A stretch of 64,000 nucleotides of DNA from Clostridia bacterium (GCA_017429985.1 JAFRNW010000011.1:3995-67994), one strand, 5' to 3'; counted from the first letter of the stretch, positions 17,218-27,361 are shown. Translations and numbers: made by a program. Notes: generated by a model not told the origin, from the letters alone.

Positions 17218-18722
17218 CGGATGATTTTGCACTCTTTTTTTGCCTCCGCAAGCTTCTTTTCAGCTAGCGGGCGGATCGTGAATTTTTCCATATGAAGCTG
17301 CGGATTCGGCTTCACATAATAGGTTCCGCCGAGCTCTTTCTGGAATACGCTCCCGTATTTTTTCTGTGCGTATTCCATCGCGGCGACAACATCCGGATGC
17401 GCTTCGATCAGGATCCGCTTGTTGTTGCTTCCCTTGACGACCTGGACGGACTGCTTGCGGATCCGGTTCATCACGGATTCCGGATACAGTACATGCGCGC
17501 TTCCGCCGCAGTAGGGGCATTCCATCTGAAGGGTGTCCATCAGGTTGCGTCCCGTTTTCTTCCGGGTCATTTCCACGAGCCCGAGATGCGTAAATCCGAA
17601 GACGTGCGATCTTGTGTGATCGTTTTTCAGCGCGTTCCTGAGCGTGTTCAGCACGGCATTCCGGTCCGATTCCTTCTCCATGTCGATGAAATCGATAATG
17701 ATGATCCCGCCGATATCCCTGAGACGCAGCTGGTGCGCGATCTCGGCCGCCGCTTCGCGGTTCGTTGCGGTGATCGTCGTCTCAAGGTTATCCTTCCCCA
17801 CAAACCGTCCCGTATTGACGTCGATGCATGTCAGCGCCTCGGTCCGATCAATGATCAGATAGCCTCCGCTTTTCAGCCAGACCTTCCGCTCGAGTGCGTT
17901 CTCGATCTGGCTCTCCGTCTCATAGCGTTCAAACAGTGCCTCGCTCGGCTTGTACAGGATGCGCGGCTTCAGTTTCGGCGCCGTGATCTCCGCCATTTCG
18001 CGTATCCGCTCATAGGTGGCCTCATCGTTGACGAACATGCGGTTCACGTCCTTCATAAGAAGGTCGCGCACGGTCCGCATCAGGAGGGACTGTTCCTCCA
18101 GGATCAGGGACGGCGCTTTCCGCTTTGAGGCGCGCTTTTCGACTTCCCTGTACAGCTTCTGCAGGCTTTCCAGTTCTTCGGCAAACACTTCCCTGCTTTT
18201 TCCCGAAGAGGCGGTCCTTGCAATGACGCCCATGTTTTTGGGCTTGAGATCCGACAGGATCTTCCGGATCCTGTTCCGCTCGTCCTCCGACTCGATCCGT
18301 CTTGAAACGCCGACATAATCCATGGTCGGCATCAGGACCAGCATTCTTCCGGCAAGCGTGATATGCGTGGTCACGCGGGCGCCCTTCGTTCCGACCGGGT
18401 CTTTCGCGACCTGCACGATGATGGTCTGGCCCGGGTTCACGATATCCTTGATGTTTCTGCTTTCGGGCTTTGTGTCCGGTTCGGAATCCGGATCGTCAAA
18501 CACGATGTCTCCCGCGTAAAGGAACGCGTTCTTTTCCAGTCCGATGTCGACGAACGCCGCCTGCATTCCGGGAAGGACGTTCTGCACCTTTCCCTTGTAG
18601 ATGTTCCCGACCAGCCGTTTCGTGCTCTCCTGCTCCACATAAAGCTCCATCGGAGACCCGTCTTCGACCACTGCGACCCGGGTGGCGAACCCGGTCGCAT
18701 CAACCAATATTTCCTTGTTCAT
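17214..18722 (-). CDS. rng: Rne/Rng-family ribonuclease (RNase G-like)
   Basis: MNKEILVDATGFATRVAVVEDG.. S1-like N-terminus and ..CIDVNTGRFVGK... The upstream 58-aa extension in the track is not protein-like. Confidence 0.85.
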   Translation of the reverse strand: MNKEILVDATGFATRVAVVEDGSPMELYVEQESTKRLVGNIYKGKVQNVLPGMQAAFVDIGLEKNAFLYAGDIVFDDPDSEPDTKPESRNIKDIVNPGQTIIVQVAKDPVGTKGARVTTHITLAGRMLVLMPTMDYVGVSRRIESEDERNRIRKILSDLKPKNMGVIARTASSGKSREVFAEELESLQKLYREVEKRASKRKAPSLILEEQSLLMRTVRDLLMKDVNRMFVNDEATYERIREMAEITAPKLKPRILYKPSEALFERYETESQIENALERKVWLKSGGYLIIDRTEALTCIDVNTGRFVGKDNLETTITATNREAAAEIAHQLRLRDIGGIIIIDFIDMEKESDRNAVLNTLRNALKNDHTRSHVFGFTHLGLVEMTRKKTGRNLMDTLQMECPYCGGSAHVLYPESVMNRIRKQSVQVVKGSNNKRILIEAHPDVVAAMEYAQKKYGSVFQKELGGTYYVKPNPQLHMEKFTIRPLAEKKLAEAKKECKIIR

Positions 18723-18735
18723 GAAACTCCTTTCC

Positions 18736-19422
18736 TTATTCTTCCGAAGGAATACGCGGCAGGGAACCATCCGAGTCAAAATACATGGCCGTGCGGTGAA
18801 TCCGCACGCTGCCCTGCGCATCCAAACGGTCAAGCAACGCGCCGGCAAAAAGTTCGGCACGCAGCCCGCCATCGGCTTGCATCTGACCCAGAACACGGAG
18901 TGTCATGGTATCGTTCTCAATTCCCTCTACGGTTGCCTTCAGGACCTGCGGACGAATGTCGACCGGTCTAATCCCGCTTTTCGTCCGCTTGTTCACAACT
19001 ATTTCGCCCGAGAGAAGCCCGCGGAGCGTCTCTTCAAGCACATCCTTCTGAAACTCTTGATCCGTGGAAATGGTGATCCGGTATTCCGCAGCCCTTGTGC
19101 AGGACGTCAGCGTCTTGATCCCCGCAGGCATCTCCCGTGCGTCGGAAACGGAAAGCCCTCTCGAAAGCACGGGATTGACCGCGGAAAGAAACGCCTCGGG
19201 GGCCATTTCCTCCGTCAGTTCCACCTCAAACCATTCCGCGTCGCTCGTCATGCCGGTCGCAAGCGCAGACGCGAAGGAGAGTTCAGGATGCGGATTAAAT
19301 CCGTCCGAATACCTGAGCGGCAGCCTGGCGCGCCGGAACGCGCGCTGAAGCGCTCTCAAAATATCCAGATGGGAGATGAATCTCGCGTCCTCCGCCTTAT
19401 GATAAACTGCAAGCATCCGCAT
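18736..19422 (-). CDS. Radical-SAM-associated DUF2344 (TIGR03936-like) protein
   Basis: MRMLAVYHKAEDARFISHLDILRALQRAFRRARLPLRYSDGFNPHP. RBS GGAGGG lies before the ATG at 19422. Confidence 0.75.
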   Translation of the reverse strand: MRMLAVYHKAEDARFISHLDILRALQRAFRRARLPLRYSDGFNPHPELSFASALATGMTSDAEWFEVELTEEMAPEAFLSAVNPVLSRGLSVSDAREMPAGIKTLTSCTRAAEYRITISTDQEFQKDVLEETLRGLLSGEIVVNKRTKSGIRPVDIRPQVLKATVEGIENDTMTLRVLGQMQADGGLRAELFAGALLDRLDAQGSVRIHRTAMYFDSDGSLPRIPSEE

Positions 19423-21199
19423 GTTTCCCTCCAAAACAGCCGTTGCAGCCTTCCCGGCAGTCCCTTGTCGTGATCCCCTTCATTGCCCGTTCGTATTCTT
19501 TCCTGAGATACTGTTCCGTCACCAGCATATCAATATGCGACCAGGGCAGTTTTTCTCCGGGAACCGGGGCATTCTGTGCAAACTGCTCCACGGACAGCCC
19601 GCACTCGGAAAACGCCTCGTCCCATTTTTCCGGAAGAAAATGCTCAGACCAGGAATCAAAACGGCAGCCTTTCCCGTATGCTTTTTCCAGTACGTCCGCC
19701 AGTCTGCGGTCTCCCCGGGAGAAAGCCGCTTCCAAAACGGAAAGCCTGGAAAGATGGCATTGGAACTGCACGCCCCTGATCCCTCTCAGCGCATCACGCA
19801 GCAGCGTCTGCCTTCTGCGGATTTCATCCAGCGGAACCTGCGGGCACCACTGGAACGCCGTAAAAGGCTTCGGTACAAACGTTGACGCGCTGACTGTCAG
19901 TCTCAGCGCTTTGCCGCGTTTTTCTTTCGGGAGCCTGTAGAAAGCGGCGCTGACCTTCCTGGCAAGATCCGCGATCCCCAGGATGTCTTCGTCCGTTTCG
20001 GTCGGAAGACCCAGCATGAAATACAGCTTGACGGACGTCCATCCGGCATCGAACACGTCTCCCGCCACCCGGAGCAGATCCTCCTCCGTGACGTTTTTGT
20101 TGATCACGTCGCGAAGGCGCTGTGTGCCCGCTTCCGGAGCGAATGTGAGCCCGGATTTCCGGATCGACTGCATCTTCTCCAGTTCTTCCTTCAGGAAGGA
20201 ATCCAGTCTCAGCGACGGCAGCGAGACCGAAACGCGCTGGGCTTCCATGCTGTCAATGATCTCCGGGACAAGCTCACGGACATCGGAATAATCTCCCGTG
20301 CTGAGGCTGAGCAGAGACACCTCGTCATATCCGGTACAGTCCACCAGCCTCTGCGCTTCCTTCAGCAGCGCTTCCTTGTTCCTTTCCCGCACAGGACGAT
20401 AAATATAACCCGCCTGACAGAACCGGCATCCCCTGGTGCATCCGCGCATGACCTCCACGGCAACACGGTCATGCGTAATGCTCATGTTCGGCACGATCTG
20501 CCTGCCGACGAACTCCACCTCGTTCAGATCCTTCACGATTCTTCTCGTAACGGCAGGCGTTCCGTCATCGTACCAGTCATACAGGGACGGGACATAAACG
20601 CCTTCGATACGGGAAAGCTGTTTCAGGATGGCGGCCTTCGGCTCCCCGTTCTTTTTCGCGCGGAGGACCGTTTCCGTCAATTCCAGGATCATTTCCTCCC
20701 CGTCGCCGATCATCACGGCGTCCATAAACGGCGCGATGGGCTCGGGGTTGCAGGCGCAGGGTCCGCCGCAGACGATCAGCGGCATATCCTCTCCTCTGTC
20801 TTCGGAGCGGAACGGAATACGGGACAGGTCCAGCATGGTCAGAATATTCGTGTAGCACATCTCGTACAGGAGGGAAAACCCGACGATATCGAACTCTTTC
20901 AGCGGGCGTCTCGTTTCCAGCGAGAAAAGAGGCATATCCGCTTCCCGCATGGCCTGTTCCATATCCGGCCACGGAGCAAACGAACGTTCGCACGCAACCC
21001 CTTCCCTTTTGTTGAGAATGTTGTACAGAATCCTGGACCCAAGATGAGACATCCCGATCTCATATACGTCGGGAAAGCAGAGCGCAAAGCGGATTTCGGC
21101 ATTCTCCTTGACCGTCTCGTTCCATTCGCTGCCGGTATACCGCACAGGTTTTTCGACTTTCGCCAGTATTCGATCCAGTATTATCTGATTAATCATCAT
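19397..21199 (-). CDS. B12-binding-domain radical SAM protein (TIGR03960-like)
   Basis: CX3CX2C motif MRGCTRGCRFCQAG. N-terminal ..VEKPVRYTGSEWNE... The start is ambiguous (21199 or 21217). Confidence 0.8.
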   Translation of the reverse strand: MMINQIILDRILAKVEKPVRYTGSEWNETVKENAEIRFALCFPDVYEIGMSHLGSRILYNILNKREGVACERSFAPWPDMEQAMREADMPLFSLETRRPLKEFDIVGFSLLYEMCYTNILTMLDLSRIPFRSEDRGEDMPLIVCGGPCACNPEPIAPFMDAVMIGDGEEMILELTETVLRAKKNGEPKAAILKQLSRIEGVYVPSLYDWYDDGTPAVTRRIVKDLNEVEFVGRQIVPNMSITHDRVAVEVMRGCTRGCRFCQAGYIYRPVRERNKEALLKEAQRLVDCTGYDEVSLLSLSTGDYSDVRELVPEIIDSMEAQRVSVSLPSLRLDSFLKEELEKMQSIRKSGLTFAPEAGTQRLRDVINKNVTEEDLLRVAGDVFDAGWTSVKLYFMLGLPTETDEDILGIADLARKVSAAFYRLPKEKRGKALRLTVSASTFVPKPFTAFQWCPQVPLDEIRRRQTLLRDALRGIRGVQFQCHLSRLSVLEAAFSRGDRRLADVLEKAYGKGCRFDSWSEHFLPEKWDEAFSECGLSVEQFAQNAPVPGEKLPWSHIDMLVTEQYLRKEYERAMKGITTRDCREGCNGCFGGKHADACSLS

Positions 21200-21276
21200 A
21201 CTACCCCATATTACCATCCAGTATCATATCATCTGATTCCGGCAAGGTCAAACGAAAGCGGCGAAAAACTCCGCCG

Positions 21277-21305
21277 CAAAAGAAAAACCGGCGCAGACAC
21301 GCCGG
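21277..21305 (-). terminator. Rho-independent terminator (first of two tandem hairpins)
   Basis: CCGGCG/CGCCGG stem followed by UUUUUCUUUU on the minus strand. A second GCGGCG..CGCCGC hairpin follows. Confidence 0.7.
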
Positions 21306-21327
21306 CAAGTCAAACCATTCCGCACCG

Positions 21328-22431
21328 TCACGGTGCAAGCGTAAACTGGAGGAGAACGGGATTGTGGTCGGAAAACTCAAATCCGCGGTCCAGAGTGTCA
21401 ACGGATTCCGTGATGACGTTCGGAGAGCAGATAAAACCGTCGATGACATACAGCTGTTTGCAGTCACCGCTGTACAGAGGCGCGTTCAGAAGCCGGCAGG
21501 AAGGCGTTTTCAGATCATACTGAAGCGTCCAGCCCTCCGGAAGCATGTCCTCAGAAAGCACGCCAGGCGTCCACAGTTCCCCGTCCAGTATGGGATAGGC
21601 ATCAAGCGCGCCGGGAAAACTCTGGTTGAAATCCCCGCCCGCGATGACATAATTGCCCTTTTCATATTCCGAACGGATCAGATTGACCAGCACATCCGTC
21701 TGCTGTTTCTTCCCTTCTCCGTCGTCATACGCTTCCAGATGGAGATTGATCATGACGAGCTGCTTATCGGTGCCGGCCACCCGGAACCGCTGGACCAGCA
21801 GCGCGCGTTTCAGGTTTGCGACGCGAACCGGCCAGCTGAAAGGCACCGGAAGGCTGATCCGTTTCCCCTCCACAGGCTCGGCGTAGGAGGCGGAAAGCAG
21901 TCCGGAACGCACTCTCCCGATCATCGGGACCGGAAAGGGAACCCAGTCGCAGCTGAAGTTTGTGATATACTGCGCGTTTTCCTGAATCATCTCCGCGATG
22001 ACAAGTCCCTCGTCGATCCGGTAGGAACGCCTGCTGTCGCGGTCAACCTCCTGCAGAAGCAGGAAATCCCAGTCCGTTTCCCGGATGATGCCCTGAATGC
22101 CGTCCATGTTTTTCCGGACGAAGGTCTCATCCGTCTGAACGGATTTTCCCCCGTCCATGAAAAAGTCGGACTCCGCCCCGAGACCGGCGTAGCCGATATT
22201 CATCGAAAGCGCGGTATACGTTTCACCGGGCAGAATGACGATCTTCCTCTCCGATTCGTACAGTGTCTCGGCGGGTTCCGAAGCGTTGGGTCTGAATTCC
22301 GTTACCGTCAGGTATCCGAACAGACCCGCGACGCAAAGAACAAGCGCAAGAAAAACACAGAGGAAGACGCGGAAAACCAGCACCGGAGCAGAAATCTTTT
22401 TTCCGACACGTCTTTTCTTTTCCAATGTCAT
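21328..22431 (-). CDS. Endonuclease/exonuclease/phosphatase (EEP) family protein with N-terminal TM anchor
   Basis: ..WDFLLLQEVDRDSRRS.. and a C-terminal ..FEFSDHNPVLLQF.. EEP signature. Confidence 0.75.
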   Translation of the reverse strand: MTLEKKRRVGKKISAPVLVFRVFLCVFLALVLCVAGLFGYLTVTEFRPNASEPAETLYESERKIVILPGETYTALSMNIGYAGLGAESDFFMDGGKSVQTDETFVRKNMDGIQGIIRETDWDFLLLQEVDRDSRRSYRIDEGLVIAEMIQENAQYITNFSCDWVPFPVPMIGRVRSGLLSASYAEPVEGKRISLPVPFSWPVRVANLKRALLVQRFRVAGTDKQLVMINLHLEAYDDGEGKKQQTDVLVNLIRSEYEKGNYVIAGGDFNQSFPGALDAYPILDGELWTPGVLSEDMLPEGWTLQYDLKTPSCRLLNAPLYSGDCKQLYVIDGFICSPNVITESVDTLDRGFEFSDHNPVLLQFTLAP

Positions 22432-22475
22432 CCCTCCGCCTGATCCGCCGGAAGCCTCCGGCGGGAATGCCCTGC

Positions 22476-23597
22476 TCAGCCGCCGATATAGACCGGCTCG
22501 TAGTCGCCGTCGCCCGATCCGCCGGAACTGCCGCCGGATCCGCCGCCCGCCGGAACGGGTTCAATGTTGACCGAGCCCGGATCCGCCGCGCCGCCCGGGG
22601 ACGTTTCGATCTTGTTTCCGTTTTCGTCATACCCTTCGGGCATTCTCGGCTTCATGTATTTATAAGCTACAACATGCTCGACGTCCTGAATGGACCAGTT
22701 GTCCGTCCAGACGTATTCGCTGGCTTTCAGCTTGACGTTCGGTTTGGAAGGAGGAAGCTGGATCTGCGCGCGGATCGCGCCGGTTGCCTCGTCGTCCGCG
22801 CTGCCCTTCCTGACCCAGCACGTCGTTCCCGGCGCAATATTGTAGAACAGCCAGCGGGAATCCGGCACGGTCAGCCGGACGCAGGCATGGGACATCTTCT
22901 TTCCGAGGTTGTCGTAGGAATCGCGGATCAGCGTGCCGAGTTCGCCTTTTTTCTTGTAGAGGACCGAATGGAAATAGGTCCTGCTGTGAATGCATGTCAG
23001 ATACTGGGCGGCTTCCAGGTTCACGAACTGATAGAAGCGCTCCCTCGGATGATCGATCTGGAATACGCCTTCCTGCGTTTCGTGTCCGTACTGCCTGTCC
23101 GGATTGCCCGTAGAGCAGAGCATGTAGCGCACCGGGCGGTCGTAGTCCGGCTCGTTTCTGTTGTCCTTGCGCATGTAGACCATGACGACCTGCCAGTACT
23201 TGTCAACGATAATATAATACTTGTCCGAAGGGGGGAACCCGTCCCCGACCAGATCCTGCGTCTTGGCCTTCATGTCGTCGGTACTGCCGACCAGTTCCTC
23301 GTAGGACATGTTGACGGTGGGACAGTAGTCCGAAAACTTGACCGGCACTTCCGTAGGCTCCGGGGTCGGCGTAGGCGTCGCGGCAGCGGGCACCTCCGTC
23401 ACGACCGGCTGGATGAACACCGCCTCCGGCGTATTGATCGGCACCGGCGCGATCGTTGCGATGGAAGCAACGGAGACCTCCGCCGTTCTCGTCTCGGGCT
23501 CTGCGACCGGCTCCGTCTTCATCGCGCATCCCGCCGCGAGGAAAAGCACGGCGGAAAGCAGGAAAATGATATATATGCAGGTGATTCTGTGCTTCAT
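22476..23597 (-). CDS. L,D-transpeptidase (YkuD) family lipoprotein
   Basis: Lipobox LFLAAGC and catalytic MSHACVRL. Confidence 0.8.
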   Translation of the reverse strand: MKHRITCIYIIFLLSAVLFLAAGCAMKTEPVAEPETRTAEVSVASIATIAPVPINTPEAVFIQPVVTEVPAAATPTPTPEPTEVPVKFSDYCPTVNMSYEELVGSTDDMKAKTQDLVGDGFPPSDKYYIIVDKYWQVVMVYMRKDNRNEPDYDRPVRYMLCSTGNPDRQYGHETQEGVFQIDHPRERFYQFVNLEAAQYLTCIHSRTYFHSVLYKKKGELGTLIRDSYDNLGKKMSHACVRLTVPDSRWLFYNIAPGTTCWVRKGSADDEATGAIRAQIQLPPSKPNVKLKASEYVWTDNWSIQDVEHVVAYKYMKPRMPEGYDENGNKIETSPGGAADPGSVNIEPVPAGGGSGGSSGGSGDGDYEPVYIGG

Positions 23598-23628
23598 GTA
23601 AACTCCAAAAACAATATTTCAATCTGAT

Positions 23629-23657
23629 ATTATATCAGATTCGGGCAGAAAACTCAA
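23629..23657 (-). promoter_or_regulatory. Candidate promoter of the L,D-transpeptidase gene inside a 9-bp perfect palindrome
   Basis: The minus strand reads TTGAGT-17 nt-TATAAT. The palindrome AATCTGATA-nnn-TATCAGATT lies at 23621..23641. Confidence 0.45.
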
Positions 23658-26116
23658 CGTGCGTGGACCGGTTCCATTGTGACCTCCGGCATTTTTTCAA
23701 GAAACCGGACGCACATCACGGTAATATCATCAAACTGCGGAGCATCCCCCGCGAACCGGTTCACATCCGCCTTGACCCGTTTGCAGATCTCTTCGGAGGA
23801 ACAGTCGGCCGGCAGGGAGTTGATCAGTTCCAGAAGACGGTCCTCGCCGTAGAAATTGCCTTCCGCGTCAGCCGCTTCCGTTACGCCGTCCGTATACAGG
23901 AAAACGGCGTCCCCGGGCTTCATGGTGAACTGCTGCTTCTGATATGACACGTCCTCCATCCCGCCGAGCACAAATCCCTTTTTCCCTTCCAGAAAAACAA
24001 ACTGTCCGTCATGCCGGACGAGAGGGCGGGTATGCCCCGCGTTCGAAAATGTCACGACGCCGTTTGTAAGATCAAGCGCCCCGATCCAGGCGGTTACGAA
24101 CATCTCGGCGTCGTTTTCCGTGCAGAGGCCGTCGTTCGTCTGCCGGAACACCTCGTCCATGGGAGCGCCTGACAGCGCAAGGCTCTTGATCAGAGTCTTG
24201 GAACGCATCATAAACAGGGCAGCCGGTATCCCTTTTCCGGATACATCCGCCGTGACGAACACCAGCGTGCTCCCGCTTACAATGTAAAAATCGTAGAAAT
24301 CTCCGCCGATTTCCTTCGCGGGAACCATTTCCGCAAAAATGTCGAACTCATGCCGGTACGGATAAGGCGGAAATACCGTCGGCAGGGCGGAGCGCTGGAT
24401 CGTCTGTGCAAGCTCCAGCTCGCGTTCAAGCCTTTCCGATTCCTCGATAATGTACCCCTTCATGGTATCCACTGTCTTGTTGATATCCTGCGAAAGCGCG
24501 GAAAACTCGAGGTTGGTCCCCACATTCATCTTCTCGTTCAGGTCCCCCGACGAGATCTTCCCAAGGGAGCGGTTGATGCTGGCAAGATTGTCGGAAATGT
24601 TGCGCTTGGTCAGATAATACATCAGCATGAACATGCTTCCGAAGATAATAATCTCCAGGAACATGACGGTGTACGCGATGAGGTCTCTGGAAAACATGGC
24701 GGTTGCCTGCGGCAGGGCGGCGACGGCGGTAAAGCCTTCCGCGTCCCTGTACATGCCGTATGTTTTTCCGTTCTCCGTTTCCGTCAGGAAACACTCGCCC
24801 GGATCTGATCCGGCGATCATGTCCGCGAATCCTGCAGACTGCAGCGATCCTCCCCGGGCTCCTTCCGAATGGCTGATAATATTCCCGTTCCGGTCCGCAA
24901 GGAGAACAAAGCCGCCTCCTTCGATGCTGTGAAGCTGTGTCAGTCCCGAAACGAACGGATACATGAGATCCCGGACCTGATCCGCGCCAAGGCCGAGTTC
25001 CACCAGCCCCTTGTCCTGGATCGACGCGGCCACATATCTTCTGCTGGCAGCCGGATCACAGGCGGAACTGCCGAATGCAAACGCCTTCTGCGGATCGTTG
25101 CCTGCCAGTATTTCTTTCAGCGATTCCGCTCTCGGACCGTCGTTCACGCTTTTCCCGATCATGTCCGGGAGATTGGAAGCGACCACGATTCCGTCCGGTC
25201 CGTAAAAATTGATCTCCTCGACCAGTTTGCCCCCCTCCATCTCGGAAATCGTTTCCACACCGCGGACCGGATCCGTCCGAAGCACCATTGAAACGGCCTC
25301 GGCAAGACTCATCAGTTCCTGATCGGTCCTTTCGCTGACATCCTTCGCCACATCCTCCAGATTGTGGGTCAGAATATCCGCCGTTTCCTGCTCCGCCCTT
25401 CTCGTTTCAAGGTTCCGGACAAACAGGACGGAAGCAGCGAACGCGAGCGCCATGACGGCGAGCGTTCCCCTCTGGAATGTCTCCAAAATGGTCGGAAGCC
25501 GTTTCTCCGGCTTTTCTCGCGCAGGACGGTCCTGCAGGGAAACCAGCCAGACCGCCAGCGTCACGGCCAGAGCATTCGCAAGGATCATCGGGAGCGCGCA
25601 CTGGCGTACGAACGGAAGCGCGTGCGAAGCGTCCGAAAGATGCGTAAGAAAGATCATCAGCATATGGAATGCTTCGGTATACAGCGCCGTTCCGAGTCCG
25701 TACAGCCATCCCGGCACCTTGTCGTCAAAAACAAACTTGCGCAAAGCGGCCGAGAGCAGTCCTGCCAGCAGAGTCGACAGGGCGCAGGCGATCCTGGTAT
25801 ATTCCCCTGCCCCCCACGCGACCGCCGCGTACCGTTCCGCCGCGCCGATCACGCCGGCAATGATTCCGGAAGGCGCGCCGAAAATAAGGCCCGCACAGAT
25901 CGGGGCGGCATCCCGCACATTGATGATGGCTCCGTTGATGGAAACGCCGAACTCCGAGCAGATCACGGAGATCAGCCCGAACACAATGCCGATCAGGATC
26001 TTGCCCTTGACCGTATCCCTGAACTTCACTTCTTTCCTGTCCAGCTTCCAGATCAGAACGCTGGAAATCACGGGAATGACGGAAAGCGGGATGAGTTTCA
26101 GTATGTTGACAAGCAT
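23654..26116 (-). CDS. Membrane sensor phosphatase: LytS-type 5TM receptor + extracytoplasmic sensor domain + HAMP + PP2C/SpoIIE
   Basis: N-terminal ..INVRDAAPICAGLIFGAPSGIIAGVIGAAERY.. and C-terminal ..EIGGDFYDFY..FVTADVSGKGIPAALFMM... Confidence 0.8.
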   Translation of the reverse strand: MLVNILKLIPLSVIPVISSVLIWKLDRKEVKFRDTVKGKILIGIVFGLISVICSEFGVSINGAIINVRDAAPICAGLIFGAPSGIIAGVIGAAERYAAVAWGAGEYTRIACALSTLLAGLLSAALRKFVFDDKVPGWLYGLGTALYTEAFHMLMIFLTHLSDASHALPFVRQCALPMILANALAVTLAVWLVSLQDRPAREKPEKRLPTILETFQRGTLAVMALAFAASVLFVRNLETRRAEQETADILTHNLEDVAKDVSERTDQELMSLAEAVSMVLRTDPVRGVETISEMEGGKLVEEINFYGPDGIVVASNLPDMIGKSVNDGPRAESLKEILAGNDPQKAFAFGSSACDPAASRRYVAASIQDKGLVELGLGADQVRDLMYPFVSGLTQLHSIEGGGFVLLADRNGNIISHSEGARGGSLQSAGFADMIAGSDPGECFLTETENGKTYGMYRDAEGFTAVAALPQATAMFSRDLIAYTVMFLEIIIFGSMFMLMYYLTKRNISDNLASINRSLGKISSGDLNEKMNVGTNLEFSALSQDINKTVDTMKGYIIEESERLERELELAQTIQRSALPTVFPPYPYRHEFDIFAEMVPAKEIGGDFYDFYIVSGSTLVFVTADVSGKGIPAALFMMRSKTLIKSLALSGAPMDEVFRQTNDGLCTENDAEMFVTAWIGALDLTNGVVTFSNAGHTRPLVRHDGQFVFLEGKKGFVLGGMEDVSYQKQQFTMKPGDAVFLYTDGVTEAADAEGNFYGEDRLLELINSLPADCSSEEICKRVKADVNRFAGDAPQFDDITVMCVRFLEKMPEVTMEPVHAR

Positions 26117-26338
26117 GGAAATCGTCCAATCCTTCAGGTGAGATTCAACTGTTTACCTAAAACAATATTATATACTGTACAGGCTGCGACCGTCTACTGG
26201 AATCCTGTCCGGCACAATTCCGACCGGAAGGATAGAACAGATTGCTTTTATCTGTGCCGTCATTGTATGATGGAGTAGATTCAACGTCTCCGCAGGACCG
26301 ATTCCTCCTGCAGGCGCATCGGAAAGGATCTCATCAGC

Positions 26339-27361
26339 ATGAAAGAACTGTTTGCCAGAATGGCTGACGCACTCCGGAACGGCGAAGACCTCGTTCTTTG
26401 CAGCATTATCGCAAGTTCCGGTTCCTCCCCCCGCGGCGCAGGCGCGAAAATGGCCCTGTTCGCTGACGGGAGCACGTACGGAACAGTCGGCGGAGGAGCC
26501 GTCGAATATGAATCCATCAAACTGGCGAAAAAAGCGATGGCCGAAAAAAGCGCTTTTACAGCGGGGTTCAATCTCTCAAAGAACCAGACTGCGGATATCG
26601 GCATGATCTGCGGCGGACAGGTGACCGTATACTTCCAGTTCTTCTCCGGAGGAGATGCCTCCGCAATCCGGCTGTTCGACAGAATCGTTTCCCTGTTCGG
26701 CATGCAGAAGAACAGCTGGCTTGTGACGAGGATCGGCAACGGCGGCGCAAACCGGACCGGATTGTATGTTGAGGGACAGGGGCTTCTGAATATGGATGAA
26801 ACGGATGAATCCGCCGTTTCCGGCCTGCTGAAATCCCGTTCGGTCCTGACGGGCGGGGATCCGTCCTATTACGTCGAGCCCGTCACGACCGCAGGAGTGG
26901 TCTACGTGTTCGGCGGCGGCCATGTTTCCCAGCAGCTCGTTCCGGTGCTGGCGCGCGTCGGCTTTTCTGCCGCCGTGTTTGAGGACAGGCCGGAGTTCTG
27001 CACAAAGGAGCTCTTCCCGGACGCGGTCCGCCTGATCCACGGGGATTTCATGAACATCTTCGAACAGATCGCCGTAACGGACCGCGATTACGCGGTGATC
27101 GTAACGCGCGGTCATCAGGCGGACTATGATGTCCTCCGGCAGATGCTCATGACCGATGCCGCCTATATCGGGATGATCGGAAGCCGCCACAAGATCGCCG
27201 CGACCTATGACCGTCTTCCGGACGAAGCAGCAAGAAAGGAAGCAAGGGAACGGGTCCATGCCCCGATCGGTCTTCCGATCGGCGGAGAGACCCCGGCGGA
27301 GATCGCCATCAGCATCGCAGGCGAACTGATCGCGCAGCGCGCGGGTCTGTACAATAAATAA
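26339..27361 (+). CDS. xdhC: XdhC/CoxI-family molybdenum-hydroxylase maturation protein
   Basis: ..SSGSSPRGAGAKMA..YGTVGGGAVE.. plus the Rossmann-like VYVFGGGHVSQQLV. Confidence 0.8.
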   Translation: MKELFARMADALRNGEDLVLCSIIASSGSSPRGAGAKMALFADGSTYGTVGGGAVEYESIKLAKKAMAEKSAFTAGFNLSKNQTADIGMICGGQVTVYFQFFSGGDASAIRLFDRIVSLFGMQKNSWLVTRIGNGGANRTGLYVEGQGLLNMDETDESAVSGLLKSRSVLTGGDPSYYVEPVTTAGVVYVFGGGHVSQQLVPVLARVGFSAAVFEDRPEFCTKELFPDAVRLIHGDFMNIFEQIAVTDRDYAVIVTRGHQADYDVLRQMLMTDAAYIGMIGSRHKIAATYDRLPDEAARKEARERVHAPIGLPIGGETPAEIAISIAGELIAQRAGLYNK

